Source: Candidatus Bathyarchaeota archaeon (GTDB lineage: Archaea; Thermoproteota; Bathyarchaeia; Bathyarchaeales; Bathycorpusculaceae). Taken from it: 64,000 nt of DNA. The notes under the pieces were generated by a model. That model was given only the letters and a program-made list of their open reading frames with translations. It was not told where the DNA came from and ran no database searches. The DNA lies in NCBI GenBank assembly GCA_963775465.1, contig CAVZIW010000006.1, positions 32,001 through 96,000 of the forward strand, written 5' to 3'. This document shows, piece after piece, positions 19,009 to 30,464 of the stretch (within the stretch, counting starts at the first letter, position 1; each line of letters starts with the position of its first letter). The position numbers were made by a program, and so were the translations under genes.

Positions 19009-20310
19009 ATGCCAACCAAAAAAATAGATACCCTCGCCCTACATGCAGGGCAAGAAAAACCTGATCCAACAACAGGATCAAGAGCAGTACCAATATACCA
19101 AACAACATCCTATGTGTTTGAGAGCACAGAAAATGCAGCAAACCTTTTCGCTCTAAAAAAAGTAGGTAACATTTATACAAGAATGATGAACCCAACAAGC
19201 GACATTTTCGAAAAAAGAGTCGCAGCTATCGAAGGCGGAACGGGCGCCTTAGCCGTCGCATCAGGACAAGCTGCAATATCACTTGCATTATTAACAATAA
19301 CTCAGCCAGGTGACGAGATCCTAGCCGCAAATAACCTATACGGCGGTACCTACAGCCTACTGCACTACACGTTCCCAAAACTCGGAAGAACAACAAAATT
19401 CGTCGATTCACAAAAACTCAGCGAATTCAAAAACGCAATTTCACCAAAAACCCGAGCCATCTATGCTGAAACAATTGGCAACCCAAAACTTGATGTGCCC
19501 GACTTTGAAGCTTTAGCAAAAATCGCTCATGAAGTCGGCATCCCCCTGGTTATAGATAACACAGTTGGTGTCGGTCTAGTAAAACCAATTGACTTTGGCG
19601 CGGACATAATTGCTACATCCGCAACTAAATACATTGGCGGACATGGCACAAGCATCGGAGGCATAATCGTTGACTCAGGTAAATTCCAGTGGAACAATGG
19701 GAAATTTCCAGAATTCACTGAACCCGACCCAAGTTACCACGGAGTAAAATACTGGGATGATTTCGGCAAATTCCCCGGATTAGGAAACGTAGCATTCATC
19801 TTCAAAGTGAGGGTTCAACTATTACGGGATTTAGGTCCAGCATTAAGCCCATTCAACGCGTTCCTATTTCTCCAAGGACTCGAAGACCTGCCCCTGCGAC
19901 AACGAAGACATTCAGAGAACGCGCTTCAAGTCGCTCAGTTCCTAAAAAAACACCCCTTAGTTACATGGGTAAATTATCCAGGCTTACCAGATAACCTAAA
20001 CTATAAACTTGCTTTAAAGTACCTAAAAAAACACTTCGGTGGTCTAATAGGCTTTGGCATCAAAGGTGGTTTAACATCAGGCAAAAAATTCATCGAATCC
20101 GTAAAACTACTTTCGCATGTTGCTAACATCGGGGATGCAAAAAGCTTGGTAATTCATCCAGCATCAACTACCCATCAACAACTCACAACAGAAGAGCAAG
20201 CTACAACAGGTGTAACTCCCGACTATGTTAGACTCTCAATTGGTTTAGAAGATCCAGAAGATATAATCGCGGACATAGATCAAGCTCTTAAAACCTCAGC
20301 CAAAGAATAA
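19009..20310 (+). CDS. metY: O-acetylhomoserine aminocarboxypropyltransferase (sulfhydrylase)
   Basis: [29 protein letters not shown] (PLP Lys), [10 protein letters not shown]. Confidence 0.95.
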   Translation: MPTKKIDTLALHAGQEKPDPTTGSRAVPIYQTTSYVFESTENAANLFALKKVGNIYTRMMNPTSDIFEKRVAAIEGGTGALAVASGQAAISLALLTITQPGDEILAANNLYGGTYSLLHYTFPKLGRTTKFVDSQKLSEFKNAISPKTRAIYAETIGNPKLDVPDFEALAKIAHEVGIPLVIDNTVGVGLVKPIDFGADIIATSATKYIGGHGTSIGGIIVDSGKFQWNNGKFPEFTEPDPSYHGVKYWDDFGKFPGLGNVAFIFKVRVQLLRDLGPALSPFNAFLFLQGLEDLPLRQRRHSENALQVAQFLKKHPLVTWVNYPGLPDNLNYKLALKYLKKHFGGLIGFGIKGGLTSGKKFIESVKLLSHVANIGDAKSLVIHPASTTHQQLTTEEQATTGVTPDYVRLSIGLEDPEDIIADIDQALKTSAKE

Positions 20311-20349
20311 AAACCAACCAGACTTCTCTTTTCGGAGGAAAGAAAGCTT

Positions 20350-21465
20350 ATAGCAACAAAAAAAATCACCCAAGTACAAACCTTAACTTTCGCCCAACCA
20401 CCAGATGAATTAACCTTAGAATCAGGCGAAAAACTAGGACCTATAACGCTTGCCTACGAAACTTACGGAACCCTCAACACAGAAAAAAGCAATGCCATTT
20501 TGGTTTTACACGCGCTGTCAGGGGACTCTCGCGCTGCAGATCAAGGTGGCTGGTGGGAAAACTTAATCGGACCTGGAAAAGGCATTGATACAGACAAATA
20601 TTTTGTCATATGTAGCAACGTAATAGGAGGCTGCAGAGGATCTACAGGTCCATCTTCTGTCAATCCTCTCACTGGCAAACCATACGGTCTTAGTTTTCCT
20701 TTGATCAGTATCCACGATATGGTTGAAGCGCAAAGGCGTCTAGTCGATTTTTTAGGTATCGAAAATTTGCTTTCTGTTATCGGCGGTTCCATGGGTGGCA
20801 TGCAGGTCTTGCAGTGGATGGTTTCCTATCCCAAACGGATACGTTCAGCGATTCCAATCGCAACGACTCTAAAACATACGCCTCAGCAAATAGCCTTTAA
20901 CGAGGTTGGACGCCAAGCCGTAATGTCAGACCCTGATTGGAAAAACGGCGCCTACTATGGCTACTCGTCTCCAGCCAAGGGCTTAGCGTTAGCGCGAATG
21001 ATTGGACATATAACCTATATGAGTGACGTTTCTATGACGGAGAAGTTTGGCAGAAAAACCCGTCACGATAAGGAACCCTTCAAATTTAGCGCAGACTTCG
21101 AAGTAGAAGGCTACCTCCACTATAAAGGCGACAACTTTGTGAAACGTTTCGACGCCAATAGCTACCTCTACCTGACAAAAGCTATTGATAACTTTAACCT
21201 GCTTAACGGTCATGGAATAGCCAATATCTTTGAAGGTTTAAAGGCAAAAGTGCTAGTTTTAGCCTTCAAATCTGATTGGCTCTACCCTATATATCAAAGC
21301 CAAGAAATCGTAAGAGCCTGTAAACTATCTGGAGTCGAGGCAAGCTACTGCGAAATCAACAGTACCTATGGGCACGATGCTTTTCTCTTGGAGATAACAA
21401 AGGAAACGCAATTAATCGAGGGCTTTTTGAAAGCAGTATCCAACGGAAACGGTCAGCATCAATGA
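20350..21465 (+). CDS. metX: Homoserine O-acetyltransferase (conserved N-terminus extends upstream of ORF-track start; probable ATA start)
   Basis: [21 protein letters not shown] in frame upstream of 20500; [21 protein letters not shown]. Confidence 0.93.
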   Translation: MATKKITQVQTLTFAQPPDELTLESGEKLGPITLAYETYGTLNTEKSNAILVLHALSGDSRAADQGGWWENLIGPGKGIDTDKYFVICSNVIGGCRGSTGPSSVNPLTGKPYGLSFPLISIHDMVEAQRRLVDFLGIENLLSVIGGSMGGMQVLQWMVSYPKRIRSAIPIATTLKHTPQQIAFNEVGRQAVMSDPDWKNGAYYGYSSPAKGLALARMIGHITYMSDVSMTEKFGRKTRHDKEPFKFSADFEVEGYLHYKGDNFVKRFDANSYLYLTKAIDNFNLLNGHGIANIFEGLKAKVLVLAFKSDWLYPIYQSQEIVRACKLSGVEASYCEINSTYGHDAFLLEITKETQLIEGFLKAVSNGNGQHQ

Positions 21466-22058
21466 CTAAACAAACCCAAGTAATAGAACATAAAGTAATT
21501 TCGCGCTGGATTAATAGCGGAGCCAATGTTTTGGATTTAGGTTGCGGAGATGGCGAACTTTTATCTTTGCTGATAAGAAATAAGCACGTTCACGCGCAAG
21601 GAGTTGAACTCAGTGACCAAGCAATCAATACATGCGTTGCCGCTGGCTTGAATGTTTATCAACAAGACATCGATACGGGCCTAACTGAATACGCTGACAA
21701 AAGCATCGACTTTGTAATTCTAAATCAGACTCTCCAACAGGTAAGGAAACCTGATCTTGCCATAAAAGAAGCTTTACGAGTCGGAAAAAAAGTCATCGTT
21801 GGTTTTCCCAATTTCTGCTACATAACTGACCGTTTCTCGATTTTCTTTCGCGGAAAAGTCCCAGTCACCTCTTCATTACCCTATGAATGGTACGACACAC
21901 CAAACCTGCATTTTCTAAGCATAACAGACTTCAAAGAATACTGCAATAAAATCAACATAACCATAGAAGATCAAATTTTCATTTCAAAAAATCACACTAT
22001 CAGGATATTACCCAATCTATTTGCCGAAGTCGGGCTATTTCTACTTTCAAAACACTAA
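21462..22058 (+). CDS. metW: Methionine biosynthesis protein MetW
   Basis: [26 protein letters not shown]; overlaps metX stop. Confidence 0.93.
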   Translation: MTKQTQVIEHKVISRWINSGANVLDLGCGDGELLSLLIRNKHVHAQGVELSDQAINTCVAAGLNVYQQDIDTGLTEYADKSIDFVILNQTLQQVRKPDLAIKEALRVGKKVIVGFPNFCYITDRFSIFFRGKVPVTSSLPYEWYDTPNLHFLSITDFKEYCNKINITIEDQIFISKNHTIRILPNLFAEVGLFLLSKH

Positions 22059-22173
22059 TACCCTTAAATCAACCCAAAATAAATTCACCGCTTTTCTAGC
22101 TAAAAAAGCATTAATACAGAAAAATAATAAATGTCCAATAGTGTTAGCTCTACTTTGAAGGAGACAAAATAGC

Positions 22174-23457
22174 GTGAAACTAATCTTTGTAGCAATCGAT
22201 GGAATGGGTGATTTACCAATTGAATCCTTGGGAAACAAAACACCTTTGGAAGCGGCGGAAACCCCCAACTTGGACTCGCTTGCTAAGAAGGGTAAAACAG
22301 GTTTGATGTATACAGTTAGGAAGGGTGTTGCTCCTGAGAGCGATGTTGCTGTCATTTCTCTTCTAGGTTATGACCCCTTCAAATACAGTACCGGAAGAGG
22401 TGTCATAGAAGCAGCAGGAGTTGGCTTAAAAATGAAGGACGGCGACTTAGCATTACGATGCAACTTTGCAACCTTAGGGCAGGGAAAAACCATACTGGAT
22501 CGGCGGGTAGCACGAAGCTTAAGCACTGAAGAAGCCTCAGAACTAACCCAAGCCGTAAACAGAGAAGTCAAATTAACCTCTTACCCTGCAACCTTCGAAT
22601 ATAGAAACACACTTGGTCATAGGGCAGTCCTTCTAATTAGGAGCAACGCTAATCCTCTTTCAAGCAATATAACCAATAGCGACCCAGCGTACATAATTAT
22701 AAATGGAATTGGCGTAGCAAAACCTGATGTGGAGATGGTTCTCAAAACTTGTGAGCCAACTGACAACACCGAGGCATCAAAAGTCTCTGCGGGACTTGTA
22801 AACGAGTTTATCGAAAAATCCCATCTGCTTTGGGAGAATCACCCAATAAATGAAAAGCGTGCAAAAGAAGGCAAATTAAAAGCTAACGTTGTCTTAACAC
22901 GTGACGCAGGGCACTTGCTCCCGAAATTCTTCAACATTAACAAGCGATATAACGTAAATTTCGCCGCGTTGGCAGACATGCATGCTGAACGAGGTATAGC
23001 CCAACTTGCGGGTATGGAGTCGTCTCTTCTTCCTCCTCCAACAGGTAATCTTCAGAAAGATTGTGAAGTTAGAGTCAAAGCCCTCCTTGAAGCTTTGCCA
23101 AAACATGATTGTTTCTACATCCACCTGAAAGGTCCCGATGAACCCGGACATGATGGCAACTGCCAATTAAAAACACAGGTCATTTCAGCCATAGACAAGT
23201 ATTTCTTTGGTCCTTTACTAAAGCAGATTACGCTTCAAGACAACCTCATATGTGTAACTACCGACCATGCAACACCTTGTGCGCTTAAAGTTCACAGCGA
23301 CACACCTGTTCCGGTACTGATTTCAGGAGATAGCTTCGGCACAAGTAGTACACATAAATTCTGTGAAAAGGAATGCGCAAAGGGCAGTCTTGGTATTATT
23401 GAGCGCGGATGCGAATTAATGCCCAAACTAATGGAGTTGCTGAAAACCGGTAATTAA
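22174..23457 (+). CDS. Cofactor-independent phosphoglycerate mutase family (ApgM-like)
   Basis: DGMGD...TPLEAAETPNLD, PESD, RCNFAT, DEPGHDG, TTDHATP. Confidence 0.88.
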   Translation: MKLIFVAIDGMGDLPIESLGNKTPLEAAETPNLDSLAKKGKTGLMYTVRKGVAPESDVAVISLLGYDPFKYSTGRGVIEAAGVGLKMKDGDLALRCNFATLGQGKTILDRRVARSLSTEEASELTQAVNREVKLTSYPATFEYRNTLGHRAVLLIRSNANPLSSNITNSDPAYIIINGIGVAKPDVEMVLKTCEPTDNTEASKVSAGLVNEFIEKSHLLWENHPINEKRAKEGKLKANVVLTRDAGHLLPKFFNINKRYNVNFAALADMHAERGIAQLAGMESSLLPPPTGNLQKDCEVRVKALLEALPKHDCFYIHLKGPDEPGHDGNCQLKTQVISAIDKYFFGPLLKQITLQDNLICVTTDHATPCALKVHSDTPVPVLISGDSFGTSSTHKFCEKECAKGSLGIIERGCELMPKLMELLKTGN

Positions 23458-23529
23458 ACAATTAACCCCCGTCCCATTTATAGAAATATTCACTATGTAG
23501 CCTTTGACACAGCTTCTGTTTGGTTTACT

Positions 23530-24573
23530 TTACGGTGAATAAGGTGCATCTGTTAATTTCTCAACACCGTATTTTGTGACAAGAACTGTGTCCTCAATTC
23601 GAACTCCCCCAAATCCTGGTAGATAGACACCGGGTTCAACCGTTATCACGTTGCCTTTCTCCAAAATGTCTTTGCTGTCAGGACTTAAAATCGGGGCTTC
23701 ATGTACTTCTAATCCCACTCCATGACCAAGATTATGAACAAAAAAGTCACAGAAACCTGCCTCCTCAATAATCCGTCTAGCTGCCTGGTCAACTTCTTTT
23801 GCTGGAACACCAGGCTTAATGGATTCAATGGCGCTCTGCTGAGCTTTCTTGACTGTTTCAAAAATCTGAGTTTGTTTCTCTGAGTTTTTTCCAGCAATGA
23901 AGGTACGCGTGATGTCAGAGCGGTAGAAATGATAGCTTGCGCCTAAATCAACCACTACAAAATCACCATCCACAATCGTTTTTTCTTGGAAAGTGCCGTG
24001 AGGATAGGCACAACAAAAACCTGATGCGACAATAGTGTCAAAGGCTGTCCCGTCTGCTCCTGCTCTACGCATTGCATATTCGGCTTCAGCAGCGACCTCT
24101 TTCTCTTTTATGCCTGGTCGAATAGTTTCTGACGCTTTCTGTATGCCAATGTTTGCAAGTTTACAAGCTTGACGAATAAGTTGAATTTCTGTATTATCTT
24201 TTATTTTGCGAAGTTCTCGAATTTGTTTGCTCGCTATCTCAAGTTTTTCTTCTCCGCCAACTGCTTTGGCTAGGGCACGCCAACCTTCAATTTGCAGTGT
24301 ATCAACAGCAAATCTTTTACTCGAGGATTGTTTTGCAATTTTCTCCATTAGGATTTCTTCTCGTTTAATAAGTTCTACACTAACATCTTTTGCTTCAGCT
24401 TTTGCCTGTTCATAGTTAACACCATTAACATAAAGGACGTTGTCGCCTTTTTGAGGAATAAGAAGCGCTAAAGCCCCCGCAAAATTGCAAAAATAGGCCA
24501 TGTTAATTTGATTAAAGACAAGGAAGTCGGTTTGGTCGTTGACTTTCCCTTTCAAGCTGTTGATTCTCGTCAA
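23530..24573 (-). CDS. Xaa-Pro peptidase (M24)
   Basis: SDITRT, HNLGHGVGLEVHEAP, EPGVY, GVRIED. Confidence 0.93.
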   Translation of the reverse strand: MTRINSLKGKVNDQTDFLVFNQINMAYFCNFAGALALLIPQKGDNVLYVNGVNYEQAKAEAKDVSVELIKREEILMEKIAKQSSSKRFAVDTLQIEGWRALAKAVGGEEKLEIASKQIRELRKIKDNTEIQLIRQACKLANIGIQKASETIRPGIKEKEVAAEAEYAMRRAGADGTAFDTIVASGFCCAYPHGTFQEKTIVDGDFVVVDLGASYHFYRSDITRTFIAGKNSEKQTQIFETVKKAQQSAIESIKPGVPAKEVDQAARRIIEEAGFCDFFVHNLGHGVGLEVHEAPILSPDSKDILEKGNVITVEPGVYLPGFGGVRIEDTVLVTKYGVEKLTDAPYSP

Positions 24574-24774
24574 TTCTTTCCCTATTTGAATGGTTAAGGT
24601 TAAATGGTTTAAGTTTTCGGTCTTTAAAGATTCTAAAATGGGTTGATTTTTGCGTTATGAATCATAAAACAGGTCGAAATTGAACCGCAATTCTTTGTAC
24701 CGACATTCCATTACGTTAATATACTTTTCCCGAGGAATAACTATCAATAAAAAGTACTTGAGGGAGAACAAAGA

Positions 24775-26688
24775 ATGTTTTCTTACGCAGGGAAAATTTT
24801 ACATGTAAACCTTACAACAGGAGAAACAAGAACTGAGTCATTGAGCGAAGAGATGGCTAAAAACTACATCGGCGGAATAGGCTTAGGCATACGCTTGCTA
24901 TTTGACAATTCAAAAGCCGGTACAGACGCTTATGACCCTGAAAACCCATTGATCTACTTGACTGGTCCACTTAGCGGCACCATGGGACCCACAGCTGGAA
25001 ACAGCTATGCTGTTGTATCTAAATCCCCCGCCACTGGCGGCATCGGTAACGGCGAAGCCCACGGCTTCTTTGGTCCAGACTTGAAGCGTGCGGGTTACGA
25101 CGCTGTAATAATCAAAGGCAAAGCACCCAAGCTATCCTACCTCTGGATTGACGATGACAAAGTTGAAGTACGAAACGCTGAACACCTAAGGAACAAAACT
25201 GTAAACGAAACCGATCACATGATTCGAGACGATCTCGGCGACTTTTACATCCGTGTATCAGCTATCGGCGAGGCAGGCGAAAAGCTCTGCCGTTTTGCAG
25301 CCATCATAAATGACGAGTTCCGCGCCATTGGACGAAGCGGCATGGGAGGCGTCATGGGCAGCAAGAACCTTAAAGCAGTAGCAGTTCGAGGAACACACGA
25401 TGTCAATGTTGCTAACTTGCCTGCCTTCATGGAATTCGTAAAGCTTATTCATGAACGTATGAAGGGTCCTGCAACCAAAAAATACAAAACGTTAGGTACC
25501 CCCGAAAACGTTTTAGTACTTAACTCGCTTGCAGCGTTGGCAACACGAAACTGGACAAACGCCACTTTTGAGGGCGCCGACAAAGTCAGCGGAGAATACC
25601 TAAATGAACATTACGTTAAGAAAGTCGTTGGCTGCGCTACATGCGGTATGCGCTGTGACCACATCGCAGTTGTGCCTGAGGGACCCTATAAAGGCTCAAC
25701 TTCACGTCTCGAATTCGAGTGCCTCTGGAGCATGGGACCCCTCTGCGGCGTAGATCGCTTAGATGCAGTTATCGAAGCTATGCGCATAGTGAACGAGTAC
25801 GGCATGGACGGCATTTCAATAGGCGTTGTTGTCGCTTTTGCGATGGATCTCTATGAGAACGGTGTAATTACCAAAGAACAAACAGATGGAATCGATCTTA
25901 AATTTGGCAACGCAGAAGCACTTATTGCCATTATTCACAAGATTGGTAAACGTGAAGGATGGCTCGGAAATATTCTTGCTGAGGGTGTCGCAAAGGCTGC
26001 GGAATTAATTGGCGGAGACGCTTACAAGTATGCGTGTCATATTAAAGGCTTGGAGCTTCCAGGATATGATCTGAGAACACTCAAGACTGCTGCACTTGGC
26101 TTTTCGGTTTCGTTCAGAGGTGCTTGTCACTTGCGAAACGGGGCATATTCGCCTGATGTTAAAGGCAAAGTTAACCGTTTCAAGATCGAAAAAGGCCGTG
26201 GAAAAATGATCACTGATGAGAGTAAAATGTACAACATTATTGACTCACTTATAGTTTGCAAATTCAGCAGAGGAACATACTACGATGGCTGGAAAGATCT
26301 TGCTAATTACTACACCTTAGCCACAGGTATTCCTATCACGCCCGAGGAAATGATGGCAGCTGGCGACCGGATCGAAAACCTCGCCCGACTCTTCAACATT
26401 CGCGAAGGCAAAGGCACAAGAAAATACGACGATGTCCCATACAAGATAAAGAACTTCCCAGTGCCTGACGAAGGACCAGCTAAGGGAGTTTGTGTTAACG
26501 ACGAAGAAATGCAAGTCGGCTTGGATGACTATTATGCTTCAAGAGGATGGACAGCTGACGGTATTCCAACAGTTGAACGTTTGCAGCAGTTAGGTTTAGG
26601 CAACTTAGCCTACATCGCTGAGGACGCAATGAAAGCTGCAAAAAAAGCCAAGCCTCAAGAGGCAGCTGCAACAGTTGGAGGTAACTAA
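24775..26688 (+). CDS. Aldehyde:ferredoxin oxidoreductase family protein (copy 1)
   Basis: GGVMGSKNLKA, CATCGMRC, NEYGMD, RGACH, YYASRGW. Confidence 0.95.
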   Translation: MFSYAGKILHVNLTTGETRTESLSEEMAKNYIGGIGLGIRLLFDNSKAGTDAYDPENPLIYLTGPLSGTMGPTAGNSYAVVSKSPATGGIGNGEAHGFFGPDLKRAGYDAVIIKGKAPKLSYLWIDDDKVEVRNAEHLRNKTVNETDHMIRDDLGDFYIRVSAIGEAGEKLCRFAAIINDEFRAIGRSGMGGVMGSKNLKAVAVRGTHDVNVANLPAFMEFVKLIHERMKGPATKKYKTLGTPENVLVLNSLAALATRNWTNATFEGADKVSGEYLNEHYVKKVVGCATCGMRCDHIAVVPEGPYKGSTSRLEFECLWSMGPLCGVDRLDAVIEAMRIVNEYGMDGISIGVVVAFAMDLYENGVITKEQTDGIDLKFGNAEALIAIIHKIGKREGWLGNILAEGVAKAAELIGGDAYKYACHIKGLELPGYDLRTLKTAALGFSVSFRGACHLRNGAYSPDVKGKVNRFKIEKGRGKMITDESKMYNIIDSLIVCKFSRGTYYDGWKDLANYYTLATGIPITPEEMMAAGDRIENLARLFNIREGKGTRKYDDVPYKIKNFPVPDEGPAKGVCVNDEEMQVGLDDYYASRGWTADGIPTVERLQQLGLGNLAYIAEDAMKAAKKAKPQEAAATVGGN

Positions 26689-26689
26689 A

Positions 26690-27205
26690 ATGGTTCGCCC
26701 CCAAGACCGAAAATTCGTAACAGCCGACCCAGAGAAATGTATCGGATGCTGTGTCTGCGAGTATGCCTGCAGCATGGTTAACGAGAACACCTTTAACCCC
26801 AACAAATCGCGTATAAGGGCCATGCGACTTGGTCCCCTAGTCAATTTAGCTGTAACCTGTCGCCACTGCGAAGACCCAGCATGTGTAGCCGCTTGTCCAA
26901 GAGATGCCTTGAAGCAAGAAGAAAACACAGGTATAATTCGGGTTGACGAGAACGCTTGCAACGGCTGTGGATGGTGTATTAGTGCATGCCAATTCGGTGC
27001 CATGAATATGCATCCAGACAAAAAAATCGTATTTACATGCAATAGCTGCACTGATAACGAAACCAAAGAACCCCAATGCGTTAAATGGTGTCCTGAGGAA
27101 GCCTTAACTTATGTCAGCGCAGAGACTTTGGCGCAGAAGTATCGTCAGAAAGCTGTCAAGAACCTCTTCCAAACCGTTGAAGAAGAAGCCAAAAAACAAA
27201 AATAA
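26690..27205 (+). CDS. 4Fe-4S polyferredoxin subunit (copy 1)
   Basis: CIGCCVCEYAC, CRHCEDPAC, CNGCGWC, CNSC...CVKWCP. Confidence 0.93.
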   Translation: MVRPQDRKFVTADPEKCIGCCVCEYACSMVNENTFNPNKSRIRAMRLGPLVNLAVTCRHCEDPACVAACPRDALKQEENTGIIRVDENACNGCGWCISACQFGAMNMHPDKKIVFTCNSCTDNETKEPQCVKWCPEEALTYVSAETLAQKYRQKAVKNLFQTVEEEAKKQK

Positions 27206-27306
27206 AAACCCTCTTAGCGCTTTATAATGCGCTTAATGTTTTTCATTTTTTTATTGAATAAAAATCGATTATTCTTTTTTCTTTGGCTGGTGTCTTTATT
27301 TAGGTT

Positions 27307-27594
27307 TTAGCCGCCTGTCATTAACGCCATCAAAATGATGTTGTCACCGTTTTTTAGTGGTGTACTAGTGCCTTTGAGTTGGTCAATTAAAACTCCGTTA
27401 ATCATCGCAACAAACGTTGATTGCATCTCTTTCTTTTCGGGGTCATAGACCTCTTCTTTGAACTGTTTACCGTAGCTGTTGGCAATCTGGTTAAGCAACT
27501 GCTCCATTGATGCTCCTTCGTTTAGAGTGATTTCTTCTCGGCTCTTATTAGTGTAAGATTTTACTAGACTGATGTAATGTACGTTGACTTGCAT
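27307..27594 (-). CDS. MoaD/ThiS/SAMP ubiquitin-like sulfur carrier
   Basis: Beta-grasp size, ING...LKNGD, C-terminal TGG. Confidence 0.9.
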   Translation of the reverse strand: MQVNVHYISLVKSYTNKSREEITLNEGASMEQLLNQIANSYGKQFKEEVYDPEKKEMQSTFVAMINGVLIDQLKGTSTPLKNGDNIILMALMTGG

Positions 27595-27805
27595 ATTCTG
27601 GCGCTCCTGATATTGATAGTTTTTTGGCTCTGATATTTCTTTTTATTCTAAATTCGTTGTTTTCTCCTAAAAAATTGATGATTGTATCATGTTTTCAAAC
27701 TGTTTGGGAACCTAAATGGAGCCATGAGTTTTTCCCCGAATAACCCATTACCTTAATATATTGTTCGGCTCCCTAAATACTTCTTAAAATCTTGGAGGAA
27801 CAAGG

Positions 27806-29662
27806 TTGCTCGGATATGCAGGAAAAATCCTCTATGTTGATTTAACCACAGGCAAAACTCGCACAGAAAAACTAAGCGAAGATGACGCCAAAAAATATAT
27901 CGGCGGAATCGGTCTTGGTATGAAGCTCTATTTATCCAATTCAAAAGCGGGCGTTAATCCCCTTAGCTCTCAAAATCCACTTGTATTAGCCCTTGGACCT
28001 GTTTCTGGAACAATGTTTCCAACAGGTGGAAACGGACATGCCTTCATATCTAAATCGCCTGAAACAGGCGGTGTTGGTGAAGCTGTAAGCCACGGGACTT
28101 TTGGTGCAGAACTAAAACGTGCAGGTTACGATGCGGTGATTCTTACTGGCAAAGCAGAAAAACCTGTTTACCTCTGGATCGATGATGATGCAATCCAGTT
28201 GCTTGACGCCTCAAACGTATGGGGTAAATCACCATTCGAAACTGAAGATGCAATTAAAGGCGAAATCGGGGACTACTACGTCCGTGTAGCATCAATCGGT
28301 TTAGCAGGTGAAAAACAATCCAAAATCGCCTGCATAATTAACGAAAAAACTCGCGCCGCCGGAAGAACTGGGCTTGGCGCAGTTATGGGTAGCAAGAACC
28401 TTAAAGCCATCGCTGTCCGAGGCACCAATGACATAGTTGTTGCTAAACCAGAAGAATTCATTGAAATGGTTAAAGAATTTCATGAACGTATGAAGGGACC
28501 AGCGGCACAGAAATATCGGACACTTGGAACAGCAGGAAACTTGCTGATTCAAAATTCACTGTTCTGCTTGCCAACACGAAACGGAAATAACGCTTATTTT
28601 GAGAACGCCGAAAGAGTCAGTGGAGAAGCCCTAAACGACCGTTATATCGCAAAAATAATCGCTTGTAACTCGTGTGCTATGCGATGTGAACATGAAGCAG
28701 TCGTTCATGAAGGTCCATACAAAGGCACTCTTGCTCGAATGGAATACGACAACATCTGGGCTTTAGGACCGAATTGCGGTGTCGATAAATTAGATGCCAT
28801 AATTAAGGCAGCTGAACTTTGCAACTACTATGGTTTGGATGCGACAAGCACTGGTGTTGCAATCAGTTTTCTTATGGATTGCCACGAAAACGGAATCCTA
28901 AGTCATGAAGAATTAGATGGAATTGATGCACATTTTGGTAACGCAGATGCCTTGGTACAATTAGTTGAAAAAATTGGCAAACGCGAAGGAATTGGAGATA
29001 TTCTCGCTGATGGAGTCAAAGTGGCTGCGGGAAAGATCGGCAAAAATTCAATTCAACTTGCACAGCAGATAAAAGGCTTGGAAGTTCCGGGCTACGATTT
29101 ACGTTGTCTTAAAACAACCGCATTGAGTTTTGCAGTTTCGTTCCGCGGTGCAGACCATAATCGAAGTGGCGCTTACTCGATGGAATTGAAAGGCAAAGTT
29201 GATCGTTTGAAGGCTGAAAAGGGACGCGGAAAACTCGTTAAAGATGCAGAAGACATCTATGCACTAATTGATTCGCTGATTATCTGTAAGAATGCAAAAG
29301 GCACCCTCTATAAGAAAATTGAAGAAATGGCTAAACTCTACAATTTGGTTACAGGTATCGAAATGACTGCAGAGCAGTTAGGAATTGCAGCAGAGCGAAT
29401 AAGCACAATGGCTAAACTAATAAACATCCGCGAAGGCTTCGGTCGCAAAGATGACACCTTGCCGTGGAAAGTCATGAACCAGCCTATAACAGAAGAGGGT
29501 CCTGCAAAGGGTGCTGTTGTAACCCAAGAAGAGCTCGATTTGCTGCTAGACGATTATTATCAAGCCCGAGGCTGGAATGCTGATGGAATCCCAACCAAAG
29601 ATACACTTCAAAAGTTGGGTCTAGACGATTATCAACATATAACCCAGGGAAAAGAGGCTTAG
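27806..29662 (+). CDS. Aldehyde:ferredoxin oxidoreductase family protein (copy 2)
   Basis: GAVMGSKNLKA, CNSCAMRC, NYYGLD, RGADH, YYQARGW. Confidence 0.95.
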   Translation: MLGYAGKILYVDLTTGKTRTEKLSEDDAKKYIGGIGLGMKLYLSNSKAGVNPLSSQNPLVLALGPVSGTMFPTGGNGHAFISKSPETGGVGEAVSHGTFGAELKRAGYDAVILTGKAEKPVYLWIDDDAIQLLDASNVWGKSPFETEDAIKGEIGDYYVRVASIGLAGEKQSKIACIINEKTRAAGRTGLGAVMGSKNLKAIAVRGTNDIVVAKPEEFIEMVKEFHERMKGPAAQKYRTLGTAGNLLIQNSLFCLPTRNGNNAYFENAERVSGEALNDRYIAKIIACNSCAMRCEHEAVVHEGPYKGTLARMEYDNIWALGPNCGVDKLDAIIKAAELCNYYGLDATSTGVAISFLMDCHENGILSHEELDGIDAHFGNADALVQLVEKIGKREGIGDILADGVKVAAGKIGKNSIQLAQQIKGLEVPGYDLRCLKTTALSFAVSFRGADHNRSGAYSMELKGKVDRLKAEKGRGKLVKDAEDIYALIDSLIICKNAKGTLYKKIEEMAKLYNLVTGIEMTAEQLGIAAERISTMAKLINIREGFGRKDDTLPWKVMNQPITEEGPAKGAVVTQEELDLLLDDYYQARGWNADGIPTKDTLQKLGLDDYQHITQGKEA

Positions 29663-29665
29663 AAT

Positions 29666-30163
29666 ATGGTTAAGCTGCATGAGCGAAAATTCGTTTCAGC
29701 TGACCCTGAAAAATGTGTCGGATGCCAAATTTGTGAGTATGCCTGTTCCTTCAATAAAGAAAAAGTATTTAACCCTCTTAAATCTCGAATCCGTGTTGTT
29801 CGTGTAAACCAGCTGGCAAACATGGCAGTTACTTGTAGACTCTGCGAAGAACCAAGGTGTGTAGCAGCTTGTCCACGAGATGCACTTACCCAATCAAAAG
29901 AGACGGGAGCCATCGAATTAGACAAAGACAAATGTAACGGCTGTGGTTGGTGTGTGGAAGCTTGTGACTATGGCGCCATGATGATTCATCCGGAAACCAA
30001 AATTGTTTATGTCTGCGACTTGTGCAAAGATAACCCAGAAGGACCCCAGTGCGTTAAATGGTGCCCTGAAGAAGCCATAACCATAGTTACAAGTGACGTT
30101 TTGGCGCAAAAAGCTAGAATCAGCGCAATTAAGAAGCTCTTCCAAGAAAAAGAAGAGAAGTAA
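29666..30163 (+). CDS. 4Fe-4S polyferredoxin subunit (copy 2)
   Basis: Paralog of 26690-27205 with the same four Cys motifs. Confidence 0.93.
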   Translation: MVKLHERKFVSADPEKCVGCQICEYACSFNKEKVFNPLKSRIRVVRVNQLANMAVTCRLCEEPRCVAACPRDALTQSKETGAIELDKDKCNGCGWCVEACDYGAMMIHPETKIVYVCDLCKDNPEGPQCVKWCPEEAITIVTSDVLAQKARISAIKKLFQEKEEK

Positions 30164-30464
30164 GTTTTCTTACCTTACTTTTTGTTTTATTATCCTTGAT
30201 GTTGTTTTTTCGAGTTAAGATTCATTTTTTATGTTTTGTTTAATCGTGACCTACCCTTTGTCTTTTAGAAGACCTTCCATTTGAGAGCGTTTGTTTGGTT
30301 TACTCTCCGTATTTTAGTTTTGGTATCTTCTCTGTAAATGTCACAGAAGTGATAATGGGAGAGAAAAGTCAAGTCTATACTTCTGGTTAAACTTCAACAG
30401 ACTAAACTCAGTTGTTGGTCTAAGCAAAAACCTATTAATAACAACATTGGAACTACCATAAACC

